A DNA stretch of 64,000 bases from Bacillota bacterium (GCA_963666425.2 OY762825.2:2336001-2400000), one strand, 5' to 3'. Positions 46,333-57,371 are shown, counted from the stretch's first letter. Notes: generated from the sequence alone by a model not told the origin. Translations and numbers: made by a program.

Positions 46333-47802
46333 TTGATGAAACTGGTATGCAAACAAGGAGTTCTTATTGAGCAGCAAGTGGATGCCTGGATTTATGGCGT
46401 CTATGAGGGAACCGTAGCGGCAGTTTCCGGCTGCCCGATTGACACCGCACTGCGCCTCGTGATGGAGCTGGGTGACTTCACCGGCAAGTTATACGAAACG
46501 AAGCTGCTTTATCCGCCGGTGGCAGCAGCGAAAAAACTGATTGTGGTCGGTATGGGCAAACGCAATGAAATCAATATGGAGAAAGTGCGCGGCATCGCCG
46601 GTTCCGCAATAAAAGTTGCTCTGCAGAACAATGTTGTAACGGCGGCGATGACGCTTCCCGGTGAGGGCCAATTGTGCGCCAAAAAAGCCGCACAAGCCTT
46701 AGCGGAAGGCGCAATCCTGACGGCTTATACCTACAGCGGATTTAAAAGCAAAAAAACGGAGCTCAAGTTGGACGAAGTGTTGGTCATGACTACCCCAGAG
46801 AACGCAGCCAAAGTGGAAATTGGTTTATGCAAAGGTACAGCAATGGCTGCCGGCACCAATTTGGCCCGTACGTTAACGGCTGCTCCGGCGAATTATATGA
46901 CGCCTACTACATTGGCTGAGAGAGCGATCAGAGTAGCTGCCAAAAACGGCTTAGGGGTTTCTGTTTTGGACAAAGACCATATGCAGGATTTGGGCATGGG
47001 CTGTCTTTTGGGTGTGGCGAAAGGCAGTGCGGAGCCGCCGATGATGATCGTTTTAAAGTATGAAGGCAATCCGGGTGGCGATATCTTAGCCTTGGTTGGT
47101 AAGGGAATCACCTTCGATTCCGGCGGCATCTCGCTGAAACCGGGCGCCGGTATGGAGAACATGAAAGGGGATATGGCAGGGGCAGCCGCTGTTTTAGGCG
47201 CAATGGAGATCATTGGCAAGATGAAGCCCAGAGCCAATATCATTGGTGTGATTGCCGCTACCGAAAATATGCCGGATGGCATGGCACAGAAACCCAGTGA
47301 CGTGGTGCGCAGTATGATGGGCAAAACCATCGAAATCATCTCTACCGATGCAGAAGGCCGCTTGGTTTTGGCCGATGCCGTTGCCTATGCGGAGACGCTG
47401 GGAGCAAAGAAAATTGTAGATGTAGCAACGCTCACCGGCGCCTGCGCGCGAGCGTTTGGCGGAGTCTATGCCGGTTATATTGCGACCTCTGATGATTTGA
47501 GCGACGAGATTCAAAAAGCCGCCGCCATCAGTGGTGAGCGTTATTGGCGGATGCCGATCCATGAGGATTATGCGGCGATGTATAAATCTGACGTTGCTGA
47601 TTTGAAAAACAGCGGCGGTGCCGGCGGCGGTATGCAGACCGGCGGGATGATCATTGCTGAATTTATCAAAGAAGCTGCTTTTGTGCATCTGGATATCGCC
47701 GGTACTTCCGGCATTCAAGCCGATAAACCCTATATGAGTAAAGGATTCACCGGCATGGCCACCCGTACCATGGCGGAATTGGCGTTGGCACAGGAAAAAT
47801 AG
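46333..47802 (+). CDS. pepA: Leucyl aminopeptidase (M17)
   Basis: VGKGITFDSGG, MKGDMAG, STDAEGRL, DVATLTGA, HLDIAG. Confidence 0.96.
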   Translation: MMKLVCKQGVLIEQQVDAWIYGVYEGTVAAVSGCPIDTALRLVMELGDFTGKLYETKLLYPPVAAAKKLIVVGMGKRNEINMEKVRGIAGSAIKVALQNNVVTAAMTLPGEGQLCAKKAAQALAEGAILTAYTYSGFKSKKTELKLDEVLVMTTPENAAKVEIGLCKGTAMAAGTNLARTLTAAPANYMTPTTLAERAIRVAAKNGLGVSVLDKDHMQDLGMGCLLGVAKGSAEPPMMIVLKYEGNPGGDILALVGKGITFDSGGISLKPGAGMENMKGDMAGAAAVLGAMEIIGKMKPRANIIGVIAATENMPDGMAQKPSDVVRSMMGKTIEIISTDAEGRLVLADAVAYAETLGAKKIVDVATLTGACARAFGGVYAGYIATSDDLSDEIQKAAAISGERYWRMPIHEDYAAMYKSDVADLKNSGGAGGGMQTGGMIIAEFIKEAAFVHLDIAGTSGIQADKPYMSKGFTGMATRTMAELALAQEK

Positions 47803-47815
47803 GATTCAATAAAAA

Positions 47816-47891
47816 TAAGGCTCTGGGTAAAATCCGAAAAGGTCAGCGCGCACTGGCGCAAAGAGACCGGACGGATTTACCCAGAGCCTTA
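47816..47891. terminator. Long hairpin between convergent genes
   Basis: TAAGGCTCTGGGTAAA..CCG / CGGATTTACCCAGAGCCTTA. Confidence 0.7.
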
Positions 47892-47905
47892 CTTAAACAC
47901 TTCGC

Positions 47906-48868
47906 TTAACCCGGTATAAACAAATCCATGCCGCCTGCTGCTTTTTCATCAATACGGCGAACCAGAGAATAGGTGTAAGGCGTAAAGTGTTTTAACCAGT
48001 AGCGGCGGGCAGTCGGATTGATGCTTTCACAATCAACCCCAAGCAGATGATAACCCTGGTTGTACCAGAAATTGGCAGTGAAATCCAGCAACTGATCAAC
48101 AATACCGCTGCCACGATGCTCCGGCAGGCAGAAAGCGCCGGAGATATTGATCACTTTGCCGCAATTACTGATAAAATTCTCCCCTTCCTGGCTGAAGCGC
48201 AGATAAGCAACCGGTTTCCCCTGCACCTGCGCCGCAAAAAAGTAATTCTCCTGATTAGCCGTCAGGAAACGCTCCTCGCTGATCGGAGCGTACTTCATAA
48301 AGCAGGGAGAGTTGCCTAAATGAGCGATTAACTGGTTTTGCATGGCGAGGAGCGAGGCCAAATCAGCTTTAGCTACCTCATTATAGGAGGCCAGAGCAGG
48401 CAATCGGGTGGGAACCACTGTATTTTCTTTGAGCGCATCAAGGCAGCGCATACCAAAACCATTCCAGAAAAATTGTTCCAAACTGGCTTGATCATGGCTG
48501 TAGAAGCAAATTGCATGACTGACAATTCCTGCAGCGACCCATTTTTTGGCGGCTGCCTGATAGAGAACATCGTAGAGTCTGGCTCTGTCTTGCTCGATGG
48601 CAGCATGGGCATGCAAGGGAGAGAAGATGCCTTTGGCACCGGTGGTATGGAACGCATCCGGGAAAGGGTTTCTGCAGCAAAGGAATCCCAGCAAGCGCTC
48701 TCCTTCCAGAGCGGCAACCCCCAAGTGATTGGCAGCATAATCATCCAAGTTTGGTGCTGCGGTAATTTCAGGCAGCCAGGGCAGTCTGCTTTGTAGGACC
48801 CGATATTCAGCCAAAACCAGACTATGGGCTTGCGGGATATGTTCTTGAGTAAATTCTGTAATACGCAT
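47906..48868 (-). CDS. GNAT family N-acetyltransferase (tandem GNAT folds)
   Basis: GAFCLPEHRGSGI acetyl-CoA motif A; VDCESINPTARRYW. Confidence 0.82.
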   Translation of the reverse strand: MRITEFTQEHIPQAHSLVLAEYRVLQSRLPWLPEITAAPNLDDYAANHLGVAALEGERLLGFLCCRNPFPDAFHTTGAKGIFSPLHAHAAIEQDRARLYDVLYQAAAKKWVAAGIVSHAICFYSHDQASLEQFFWNGFGMRCLDALKENTVVPTRLPALASYNEVAKADLASLLAMQNQLIAHLGNSPCFMKYAPISEERFLTANQENYFFAAQVQGKPVAYLRFSQEGENFISNCGKVINISGAFCLPEHRGSGIVDQLLDFTANFWYNQGYHLLGVDCESINPTARRYWLKHFTPYTYSLVRRIDEKAAGGMDLFIPG

Positions 48869-48892
48869 AGAAATTAGGGCTCCGTTTCTTTG

Positions 48893-49951
48893 TTATTTGT
48901 GGATTTGGTTGGCTTTTTTCATCTGCCGATTCTTTTTGGCAATCGATTTGGACCATTCTTTGCGCTGTTGCATGAATTTTTGCTTGTTTTCGCTGTAAGT
49001 CACTTCTTCTTTCAGCTGCAGATAGCGCTGCCATCTTTCCCGGGAAAGATCACCGCGTCTGAGTGCGGCGCGCACTGCGCAGCCCGGTTCATTCTGATGC
49101 GTGCAGTCATTGAATTTACACTGACCGAGAAAAGCTTCCACATCGGCAAATGCTTCATCCAAACCGCTGTCTGCCGACCATAAACCGAGTTCCCGCATGC
49201 CGGGAGTATCGATGATCATGGTACCGCTTTTCAGCAGAATCAACTGACGGTGCGTGGTGGTATGACGGCCTTTATCATCATCATCACGAATGGTGTTCAC
49301 CTTCATGATTTCTTCACCGGCCAATTGATTGATCAGGCTGGATTTTCCGACCCCGGAAGAACCCAGACAGACAATGGTTTTACCGGGCTGCAGATAAGCT
49401 TCCGCTTCTTGCATGCCATAACCGTTTTTGACGCTGACCACCAGGATTTTTGTGCCGATGGCAACCTGTTCGGTTTGCTGCAGCATCGTACTATGGTTTT
49501 CTATCAAATCTGCTTTGGTGAGAATGATCACCGGTTCGGCACCGCTTTGGTGAGCAACCGCCAGATACCGTTCCAGGCGTTTGATGTTAAAATCTTCGTT
49601 CAAAGAAGAGAAGATAAAGACATAATCGAAATTTGCTGCGATAATTTGCTCACCGCGTCCGACATCGGGATCTTTGCGGGCAAAATAAGAAGTGCGGGGC
49701 AGTGTTTTCATAATTTGGCTTTCGCCGAGGGGATTGTAGCGGATCAGAACAAAATCACCCACCGTAGGATACGGTTCATCGGCATAATCGATATAGTAAA
49801 CGCTTGCTTTCAGCTGTGCGCTTGCCTCGCCGTTTTCACAGAGAATGTCATAACGTTCTCTGTGGGCGGCAATTATCCGAGCCGGAATGGTTCCTGGTAT
49901 GGAACCGGGGTACTTATGGTCATCAAAACCATAAAGAGCTAGGTCAATCAA
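48893..49951 (-). CDS. rsgA: Ribosome small subunit-dependent GTPase RsgA (long type, probably a second paralog)
   Basis: PTVGDFV, TKAD, GSSGVGKS, GRHTTT, DTPG, CKFNDCTHQNEPGC; GGAGG RBS before TTG 49951. Confidence 0.93.
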   Translation of the reverse strand: MIDLALYGFDDHKYPGSIPGTIPARIIAAHRERYDILCENGEASAQLKASVYYIDYADEPYPTVGDFVLIRYNPLGESQIMKTLPRTSYFARKDPDVGRGEQIIAANFDYVFIFSSLNEDFNIKRLERYLAVAHQSGAEPVIILTKADLIENHSTMLQQTEQVAIGTKILVVSVKNGYGMQEAEAYLQPGKTIVCLGSSGVGKSSLINQLAGEEIMKVNTIRDDDDKGRHTTTHRQLILLKSGTMIIDTPGMRELGLWSADSGLDEAFADVEAFLGQCKFNDCTHQNEPGCAVRAALRRGDLSRERWQRYLQLKEEVTYSENKQKFMQQRKEWSKSIAKKNRQMKKANQIHK

Positions 49952-50073
49952 ATTTTTCCCTCCTAAAATATGGACTAAAATGGTATTTTTGTAGATAAGA
50001 CTTTTTGTGGAGGCCGATACGAGAGGGTAACTTCTTACTCTCGGTTTTCTACAGCGAATATAGAAAAGTACAC

Positions 50074-50116
50074 AAAAAAGCGCGGTCAAAGCAGCCTTGT
50101 TCAGCTGCTTGCCGCG
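50074..50116 (-). terminator. Intrinsic terminator inside the rsgA leader (attenuator)
   Basis: CGCGGCAAGCAGC-loop-GCTGCTTTGACCGCG followed by CTTTTTT on the minus strand. Confidence 0.75.
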
Positions 50117-50247
50117 GAGGTGTAATTGATACACTGCATCGACAAAGAGGATGAAAGGATCCCTTAAAAAACGGTATCACAAACAAAAGGAGACGTCGCT
50201 CCTGCGATCTTCCGGCTTTTTTCTTGTTTGCTTACCCTCATATGGAA

Positions 50248-50280
50248 TTAGACGGCAATCACCATTACATTGACTTTCAT
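50248..50280 (-). CDS. Putative 10-aa leader peptide MKVNVMVIAV
   Basis: AAGGGAG RBS 9 nt before ATG, immediately after a sigA promoter and upstream of a terminator. Confidence 0.6.
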   Translation of the reverse strand: MKVNVMVIAV

Positions 50281-50312
50281 TACTCATCTCTCCCTTCATT
50301 CTTTATAAAAAC

Positions 50313-50341
50313 ATTATATCCCATCACACAGGTAAATTCAA
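50313..50341 (-). promoter_or_regulatory. sigA promoter of the rsgA leader
   Basis: TTGAAT-17-TATAAT on the minus strand. Confidence 0.78.
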
Positions 50342-50506
50342 CCCCTTTTTGAAAAAACAGGAGATGGGCAGAAAATTACACTGAATGAAGCGGGAACAAG
50401 AAGGAAATGACAGGAGAAATAGCAAATAAAGAAATAGGGCAAGTTTGCCTGCGGTTTTATAGCCGTACCTTGGACAGATGAGGGAAGAGAAAAAGGAGGG
50501 TTTATT

Positions 50507-51004
50507 ATGGCTTTTTTTGACAGACTTTCAAAAGCGGCTAAAAATGTGACCAACCGGGGCGTGGATATGGTAGAAATCACGCGCCTGAATGCGAAAATCG
50601 GCAATGATAAATCTGCCATTGAAGCAGTCAAAACCAGAATCGGGGATTTCTACTGGAAGAAATTCGAAGAAGGCGCGCCACTCGATGATGATGTAGCGAA
50701 AATGTGCCTTGAAATCAAAGAAATTCAAAAAGCCATTGCAGCACTGCAAGAGGATATTGAGGCGATCAACGCCAAGCAGGAGAAAGAAGAAGAAGCGGCA
50801 GCATCAGCAAGCAAATGTCCCAGCTGCGGTGCAGCGGTAGCCGCCGGAGCAAAATTCTGCGGCGTCTGCGGCAGTAAAATTGAAGCGAATCCGGTAGAGC
50901 CGGAAGTGGATAGGGAACCTGACATTCTGATTTGCGGTGCCTGCGGTGCGGAAAACCCCCTCGGCACGAAATTCTGCGGGGAATGCGGCAATAAATTAGC
51001 ATAG
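50507..51004 (+). CDS. Coiled-coil protein with two zinc-ribbon domains
   Basis: CPSCG..KFCGVCG and CGACG..KFCGECG; AGGAGG RBS. Confidence 0.85.
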   Translation: MAFFDRLSKAAKNVTNRGVDMVEITRLNAKIGNDKSAIEAVKTRIGDFYWKKFEEGAPLDDDVAKMCLEIKEIQKAIAALQEDIEAINAKQEKEEEAAASASKCPSCGAAVAAGAKFCGVCGSKIEANPVEPEVDREPDILICGACGAENPLGTKFCGECGNKLA

Positions 51005-51063
51005 AAAAATACGACAAGCGGATGACCAACACTGGCCATCCGCTTGTTTGTGCCTGCTTTCAC

Positions 51064-51939
51064 TTAATTAATCGCAAAGAAAGGATACTCTTTCACCTTT
51101 GCATAGGCATCTTTCAAGAGCTGCAAATCAGCTGCATTCAAAGGCTGCTGCAGACATTCGTCAATATGATCGACGACAAAAGAGAAATTGAGGAAATCGC
51201 CAGGTGGAACCAAGGCATGGACTCCCAGTGAAAGCGTGTATTTCATGGCGGCCAGACGCAGGGCCGTGTTGTCAGCATCAATCGGTTTACACCAGGATTT
51301 TGGGAACTGCGACTGTTCGCGTTCTTCTGCGTTGAACCAACTGCGTTCGATCAACTGTTTCATACCGAGTAAGCCCATTTCTTTTACTTTGGCAGTTTCA
51401 CACAAATGGCTGCCAAATTGGTGGCCGATGTTCATATGCCAATTGAGCGGAAAGAGGACAGTGTCAAAATCAAAGAGTGAAATCGCTTTCAGAGCGGCCG
51501 CTTCACTGTGACAGGTGATCCCGAGATTACGGGCATAACCCTGTTCTTTGGCCCAGCGCATCATTTCCATCACTCCGCCGGGGGCAAAGGCTGCTTCGAC
51601 TTCAGCAACGCTGCGCAGCGCGTGCATTTGATAGACATCAAAATAATCGGTATGCAGGGCCTGCATGGATTCCTTGAATTCCTTTTCTGCTTCTACTCGG
51701 CAGCGCTGCTGGGTTTTGCAGGCAAGATGGATCTCTTTACGATGAGTTTTCAGGGAATTACCCAGTTTTTCCTGTGCGTCGCCATAGGAAGGAGCGACAT
51801 CGAAATAGTTGATGCCCCGATCGATAGCCCAGGCAACATAGCGGTCGGATGCATCCTGTCCATCGTTCATCGAAACGATGCCACCGTAGACAACAGGAGC
51901 GATAGCAAAACCGGTTTTACCAAATTCACGTTTGATCAT
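51064..51939 (-). CDS. Aldo/keto reductase
   Basis: REFGKTG, GINYFDVAPSYG, LACKT, TDYFDVYQMH, LGITCH. Confidence 0.92.
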   Translation of the reverse strand: MIKREFGKTGFAIAPVVYGGIVSMNDGQDASDRYVAWAIDRGINYFDVAPSYGDAQEKLGNSLKTHRKEIHLACKTQQRCRVEAEKEFKESMQALHTDYFDVYQMHALRSVAEVEAAFAPGGVMEMMRWAKEQGYARNLGITCHSEAAALKAISLFDFDTVLFPLNWHMNIGHQFGSHLCETAKVKEMGLLGMKQLIERSWFNAEEREQSQFPKSWCKPIDADNTALRLAAMKYTLSLGVHALVPPGDFLNFSFVVDHIDECLQQPLNAADLQLLKDAYAKVKEYPFFAIN

Positions 51940-52269
51940 GAAAACCTCACCTCCAAATTATTCTTTACGTCTTCATTCAGTGATAGAATCCTGACGCTCC
52001 GGCGCTTTTCTATGAAGTATTATAACAGATTTCACCGGAAAATTCAAGATCACACCAAGGAAAGCAAAAGCAATGCGAACCGTTTGAAAAAGTGAATAAA
52101 GTATAAAATTTTGCAAATCAGCGAAAAAAACGTGTGATCTAGTGTATAATCTATCTTTAAGACAGATCATTCGTTGTAACATTATATGAAAAAGCACAAG
52201 ACAGTGTATTGGCTGCTTCAGCTTGATTCACAGCAAAAAGATTTGGTAAGAGACGGGAGGCGGCTTGTG

Positions 52270-53091
52270 ATGTTTGGATATGTGGTAGCGAATTTCGAAA
52301 AACTCAGCGAAGAAGAAAAGAAGCATTATCAAACTTGTTATTGCAGCCTCTGCCGGTCGCTTGGCAATCGGCATCAGACGATCAGCCGGATCACCCTGAC
52401 CTATGACATGACTTTTCTGATCCTGATCTTGTCGGCGCTGTATCCTGCCGAACATGACTTGCAGACAGAACGTTGTCTGATTCATCCGCTGAAACCGCAT
52501 ACCTATTGGCAGGATGACATCACGGCTTATGCTGCTGATATGAATGTGGCGCTGGCCTATTATAATTTTCTGGACGATTGGCAGGATGAAAAGAAAAAGA
52601 GCGCTTTTTACAAAGCAAAACTTTTTGAGCAGGCGAATCGGCAGATCACCGCGCTCTACCCCAGACAATGCAAGCAGATCCAGGAGAGCCTGCAAAGTTT
52701 GAACGCCATGGAAAAAGCGAATGTGCTGAACCCGGACCTTCCTGCTAATTGCTTCGGTAAATTGCTGGCGGAGGTTTTTATCTGGAGAGAAGACGGCAAT
52801 GCGCCCGCCTTACGCGCTTTCGCTCAGGCTTTGGGTAAATTCATTTATATCATGGATGCTTGTCTTGATTTAGTAGAGGACATCAAAAATGAGCGATATA
52901 ATCCGCTGATTGCCTCAACCTGGGAGAATACAGGGGAAATACTCAATCTTTTGATGGCTGACTGCACAGAGAAATATCAACGTTTGCCGATTCAGCAAGA
53001 TAAGCACCTGATAGAGAATATACTCTATTCCGGCGTGTGGACGAGATATGAGATAGCAAACCAGAAAATAAAGGAGAAACAGAAGCTATGA
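52270..53091 (+). CDS. DUF5685 family protein
   Basis: MFGYV start, [44 protein letters not shown]. Confidence 0.8.
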   Translation: MFGYVVANFEKLSEEEKKHYQTCYCSLCRSLGNRHQTISRITLTYDMTFLILILSALYPAEHDLQTERCLIHPLKPHTYWQDDITAYAADMNVALAYYNFLDDWQDEKKKSAFYKAKLFEQANRQITALYPRQCKQIQESLQSLNAMEKANVLNPDLPANCFGKLLAEVFIWREDGNAPALRAFAQALGKFIYIMDACLDLVEDIKNERYNPLIASTWENTGEILNLLMADCTEKYQRLPIQQDKHLIENILYSGVWTRYEIANQKIKEKQKL

Positions 53092-53753
53092 CATCCGATC
53101 CATATGAAGTACTTGGCGTTTCCCCAACTGCTTCAAGTGAAGAAATCACCAAAGCCTATCGTCAAATGGCAAGAAAATATCACCCGGATGTAAACCAAAA
53201 CAACCCGGAAGCAGCCAAAAAAATGAGTGAGGTTAATGTTGCTTATGAGCAGATCAAAAGCGGCAATCTTCCCCAAAATGGCAGCAATGGCTATGGCGGT
53301 CAGAATCCGTATGGCAGCAATTCTTCCGGCCGTTATGATCCGTTTGGCGGCTTCAATCCTTTTGGCAATTACGGACCTTACGGCAACCAGCAGACACAGG
53401 AGGATACTTCGCGATTTGAACCGATTGTGAATCAGATCAGGGCCGGCTATTATCAAGAAGCCCTGAATCTATTGGATGGAATCAAGGACAGGACCGCTGC
53501 TTGGTTTTACTATAGTGCCAATGCCAATGCCGGGATCGGCAATGATATCACGGCATTGCAGCATGCTACGATCGCCGTGCAAATGGCACCGAATAATATT
53601 GAGTATCAGGTTTTTTTGAATCAAATTCAGCATGGCGGGCGTGTTTATCAACAGCAGAGTCAGGGTTATGGCATGCCGTCGGTCGGTAATCTGTGTTTGG
53701 GTATCTGCATGACCAGGTTATGTATGACATTATGCTGCGGATTCCCATTATAA
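53088..53753 (+). CDS. J-domain protein with TPR-like region and Cys-rich C-terminus
   Basis: [18 protein letters not shown]-rich linker, [18 protein letters not shown]; ATGA overlap with DUF5685. Confidence 0.88.
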   Translation: MTSDPYEVLGVSPTASSEEITKAYRQMARKYHPDVNQNNPEAAKKMSEVNVAYEQIKSGNLPQNGSNGYGGQNPYGSNSSGRYDPFGGFNPFGNYGPYGNQQTQEDTSRFEPIVNQIRAGYYQEALNLLDGIKDRTAAWFYYSANANAGIGNDITALQHATIAVQMAPNNIEYQVFLNQIQHGGRVYQQQSQGYGMPSVGNLCLGICMTRLCMTLCCGFPL

Positions 53754-53768
53754 GAAGGAGAAAAAGCA

Positions 53769-54179
53769 ATGGATAAGTTCAGAGAAAGAATCGCTAATTT
53801 CATGTATGGCCGGTATGGGATTGATCAGTTGTATTATGCTTTGGTGGCAGTGAGCTTTCTTCTGATCTTAATCAATACAGCGGTGCAATCGCAAATTATT
53901 AATATTTTCATGTATGTTATTTTAGGTGTGATGCTGTTCAGAACCTTTTCGAAAAATCTTGCGCAGCGCAGGAGAGAAAATGCTCTCTTTCTGAATTACT
54001 GGCAGCCAATCAAAGTAAAATTGGCGAGAAGTATGCGCAGAGTCAGAGAATTGAAAACGCATCGCTATCGCACTTGCCCCAATTGCAAAAAGGTTCTGCG
54101 TTTATCGCGCAGAACGGGGACGCATTCCGTCAAATGCCCTTCCTGTCAAACCGAATTTAAGGTGCATGTTCTGATTTAG
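53769..54179 (+). CDS. Membrane protein with C-terminal Zn ribbon
   Basis: FMYGRYGIDQL, two TM segments, CPNC...CPSC. Confidence 0.8.
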   Translation: MDKFRERIANFMYGRYGIDQLYYALVAVSFLLILINTAVQSQIINIFMYVILGVMLFRTFSKNLAQRRRENALFLNYWQPIKVKLARSMRRVRELKTHRYRTCPNCKKVLRLSRRTGTHSVKCPSCQTEFKVHVLI

Positions 54180-54272
54180 CTGAGAGAAAAAAACCGTTGA
54201 CCGTTATTTAACAAATGGTCAGACGGTTTTCTTTTTTAGTTGGATGAGCTTGCTGGTACAGAGATGCAATTC

Positions 54273-54509
54273 TTAATCGTTTGACCGGAAGGTTAACGCT
54301 CCCATGGGACAGGCATCGACGCATTTTCCGCAATGAATACATTTTGCCTGATCAATTTTTGGGGCTTCGTACTGTGTCTGTGTCAGAGCACCGACAGGGC
54401 AGACTCTGACCGCCGGGCAAGGATGGTTCTGAGGACATCTCATTTTCACAACCGTGAGTGTTTTATCTTTGAATTCGCTGGGCTGATGAGTTTTTTTTCC
54501 GAAGAACAT
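54273..54509 (-). CDS. Small 4Fe-4S ferredoxin
   Basis: CPQNHPCPAVRVCP and CIHCGKCVDACP. Confidence 0.88.
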   Translation of the reverse strand: MFFGKKTHQPSEFKDKTLTVVKMRCPQNHPCPAVRVCPVGALTQTQYEAPKIDQAKCIHCGKCVDACPMGALTFRSND

Positions 54510-54635
54510 ATGGAATTCCTTCTTAACTTGTTATTTTCAAGACTGCTGCAGTTTGTGATCAAATTGATCAGATCTTGCAGCGGGTCTTCAATAGCGTCAG
54601 GATACGCTAATTCTACAGCTGGTTCTGTAACCGAA

Positions 54636-55364
54636 TCACAAAAGAGGCAATTCCGCTTCTTTTTTCAAATTTACAGCAAAATATTCGGTATAGAAAGGCA
54701 AGAATCCGGCTGCGTAAGCGGTGCGCAGCGAAGCGATGTTGGAGCTCCAAGTCGTATAGAAGGGGATTTTCCCTTTCGCCTCGATTGCGTCTGCCAGGCT
54801 GCAGACCAGATAACTGGCAATACCGTTACCGCGATATTCCGCTCGCGTATCGATGCCGATTTGCCACAATGGCTCCATCTCATCGTCTGCTCCGGCAACT
54901 GCCGCGATTTTTTCATCGTCATAAGCAGCGATGGCCAAAACATCTTGTTTATAATTTAAGGCATTCTCAAAACCGCTGTTTTGCTGGAGCAGAGAGATCT
55001 CTTTTTCGTTGAACATTTTATAACGCAGAGCAATAGCAGGCAGAGAGACAGGTTTTGCTTCCTGACGAAAAAAGCGAATGTGTTCTCCGGCAAACATCAT
55101 GCCATATTCGCGCAGCTTTTTTTCAGCCAGGTAAAGGTTGTTGCCACTGGCGACACGAGTCGCCTTTACCCCGGCAAACTGCGCTTTTGCCCAAGCCAGC
55201 AATTCTGAATTGACTCGAATCACCGCTGCGTTTCCGAAGACGGAAATGCGTAAAAACTGAGTTTCATCCAGAAGAATTAAAGTTTGATCCTGCAGCTGCG
55301 TTAAATCGTACTGCCATTTCTCGGATAAGATTTTCAGGACTGTTTGTTGCTGTTCTGTGTTCAC
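54636..55364 (-). CDS. GNAT family N-acetyltransferase
   Basis: WQIGIDTRAEYRGNGIA, NIASLRTA..GF; AGGAG RBS before GTG 55364. Confidence 0.85.
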   Translation of the reverse strand: MNTEQQQTVLKILSEKWQYDLTQLQDQTLILLDETQFLRISVFGNAAVIRVNSELLAWAKAQFAGVKATRVASGNNLYLAEKKLREYGMMFAGEHIRFFRQEAKPVSLPAIALRYKMFNEKEISLLQQNSGFENALNYKQDVLAIAAYDDEKIAAVAGADDEMEPLWQIGIDTRAEYRGNGIASYLVCSLADAIEAKGKIPFYTTWSSNIASLRTAYAAGFLPFYTEYFAVNLKKEAELPLL

Positions 55365-55620
55365 TTTACATCTCCTGCCTAAGGTTGCATTCTTGTTGAG
55401 GGCCGCTTTCATTATAGGGAGCAAATTGCTAAAGACAAACAATATTATTATTGTTTTAGAAGATTCGTAACAGCCTCTATAGATGGATGGTGTATAATGA
55501 GCCATCTGTCGCTTATTCTGTTGAATAAGAGAAATTTAAGACGTGCGAGAGCGTTTTGCACTGCATCCGTAAATGGAAAAGGTTTTCAGAACGATGAAGC
55601 CAATATAAGGAGAAAATGGA

Positions 55621-57357
55621 ATGTCAAAAGTAATCTGTATCGATTTAGGTACCACGAATTCATGTATGGCGGTCATGGAAGGAGGGCAAGCGGTCATCAT
55701 TCCCAATGCCGAAGGCAAGCGTACTACACCATCGGTCGTGGCATTTACCCAAAAAAACGAGCGTCTGGTGGGTGAAACTGCCAAACGTCAGGCAATTACC
55801 AATCATGAGCGCACAGTCAGTTCGATCAAACGGGAAATGGGCAGCGACTTTAAAGTACAGATTGACGATAAACAATATACACCGCAGGAAATTTCCGCTA
55901 TGATCCTGCAGAAATTAAAAAATGACGCTGAAAATTATCTGGGAGAAAAAATCAACGATGCCGTGATCACCGTACCTGCTTATTTCACTGACGGTCAGCG
56001 TCAAGCCACCAAGGATGCGGGCAAGATCGCGGGCTTAAATGTTCTGCGCATTATCAATGAACCGACTGCTGCCGCCCTAGCCTATGGTGTTGATAAAGAA
56101 GAGGCGCAGAAGGTGTTGGTTTATGATCTGGGTGGCGGTACCTTTGATGTTTCCATCCTGGAGATTAGCGGCGGTGTGATTGAGGTGTTGGCGACAGCCG
56201 GCAACAACCATCTTGGCGGAGACGACTTTGATCAGTGCATAGCGGAATATCTGATCTCCGAATTTAAGAAAAGCAACCGGGTTGATCTGCATCAGGATGC
56301 GACTGCGATGCAGCGAGTCAGAGAAGCCGCAGAAAATGCGAAAATTGAATTAAGCGGCATGATGTCAGTCACAGTCAATTTACCGTATCTCGCGGTCAAG
56401 GACGCAAAACCCCTGCATCTGGAACTGACGCTGACGCGTGCGAAATTTGATGAATTAACAGTTCATTTAGTTGAATCGACCATGGCGCCGGTGCATCAGG
56501 CAATGGCGGATTCTGGCTTGAGTAATCTTAGCATCGATAAGATTTTATTGGTGGGAGGCTCCAGCCGCATTCCCGCTGTGCAGGAAACGATTCGAAGGGT
56601 ACTTGGCAAAGAACCATTCAAAGGCATCAATCCCGATGAATGTGTCGCCATCGGGGCTTCGCTGCAAGCCGGTGTCCTTTCCGGTGCGGTGCAGGGATTG
56701 CTGCTTTTGGATGTCACACCATTTTCCCTTGGCGTGGAAACTGTGGGGAATTTATTCTCTAAAATCATCGAACGCAATACGACGCTGCCGACCAGGAAGA
56801 GTGAAATCTACACGACGGCGGCTCCTTTTCAATCCTCTGTGGATATTCATGTTTTACAAGGGGAGAGTGAGAGAGCTACCCGCAATAAGACACTCGGAAA
56901 ATTCAGACTGAGCGGTATTCGGCGTGCAATGCGTGGCATACCGAAAATTGAAGTGACCTTCAGCATCGATGTCAATGGAATTGTCAGTGTTTCTGCCAAG
57001 GATTTAGATACCGGCAAAGAACAAAGCATCGTGATTACTGCCACTTCCAATATGAGCCAGGCGGAAATAGATCAGGCAACACAGGAGCAGCAGCAATATC
57101 TAGTGGAAGAAGCGAAACTTAAAGAAGAAGCTGCAGCGAAAAACAGGGCGGAAGAGTTAGTGGATCAAGCTAAAAAAATGTCTAGAAAACTGGGAAAAGC
57201 GGACCGCGCTGCCATCGATACAGTGGTTGAACAGAGTAAACAGGCATGTAAGAGTAATGAGCATCGGCAAATCGTAGAGAGCAATACTCGCCTGTCTAGT
57301 TTGCTCGACAGTCTGCAAAGTAAAGCGGCAGATGGTCTCAACAGTGAAAATCAATAA
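55621..57357 (+). CDS. dnaK: Hsp70/DnaK paralog with shortened C-terminal lid
   Basis: [51 protein letters not shown]; no hrcA/grpE/dnaJ operon context. Confidence 0.92.
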   Translation: MSKVICIDLGTTNSCMAVMEGGQAVIIPNAEGKRTTPSVVAFTQKNERLVGETAKRQAITNHERTVSSIKREMGSDFKVQIDDKQYTPQEISAMILQKLKNDAENYLGEKINDAVITVPAYFTDGQRQATKDAGKIAGLNVLRIINEPTAAALAYGVDKEEAQKVLVYDLGGGTFDVSILEISGGVIEVLATAGNNHLGGDDFDQCIAEYLISEFKKSNRVDLHQDATAMQRVREAAENAKIELSGMMSVTVNLPYLAVKDAKPLHLELTLTRAKFDELTVHLVESTMAPVHQAMADSGLSNLSIDKILLVGGSSRIPAVQETIRRVLGKEPFKGINPDECVAIGASLQAGVLSGAVQGLLLLDVTPFSLGVETVGNLFSKIIERNTTLPTRKSEIYTTAAPFQSSVDIHVLQGESERATRNKTLGKFRLSGIRRAMRGIPKIEVTFSIDVNGIVSVSAKDLDTGKEQSIVITATSNMSQAEIDQATQEQQQYLVEEAKLKEEAAAKNRAEELVDQAKKMSRKLGKADRAAIDTVVEQSKQACKSNEHRQIVESNTRLSSLLDSLQSKAADGLNSENQ

Positions 57358-57371
57358 AAAGAGATCCTCTT

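Noticed and set aside
49952-50134. 61-aa N-terminal extension of RsgA in the ORF track
   Set aside because: It spans the leader terminator; a strong GGAGG RBS points to TTG 49951 as the start.
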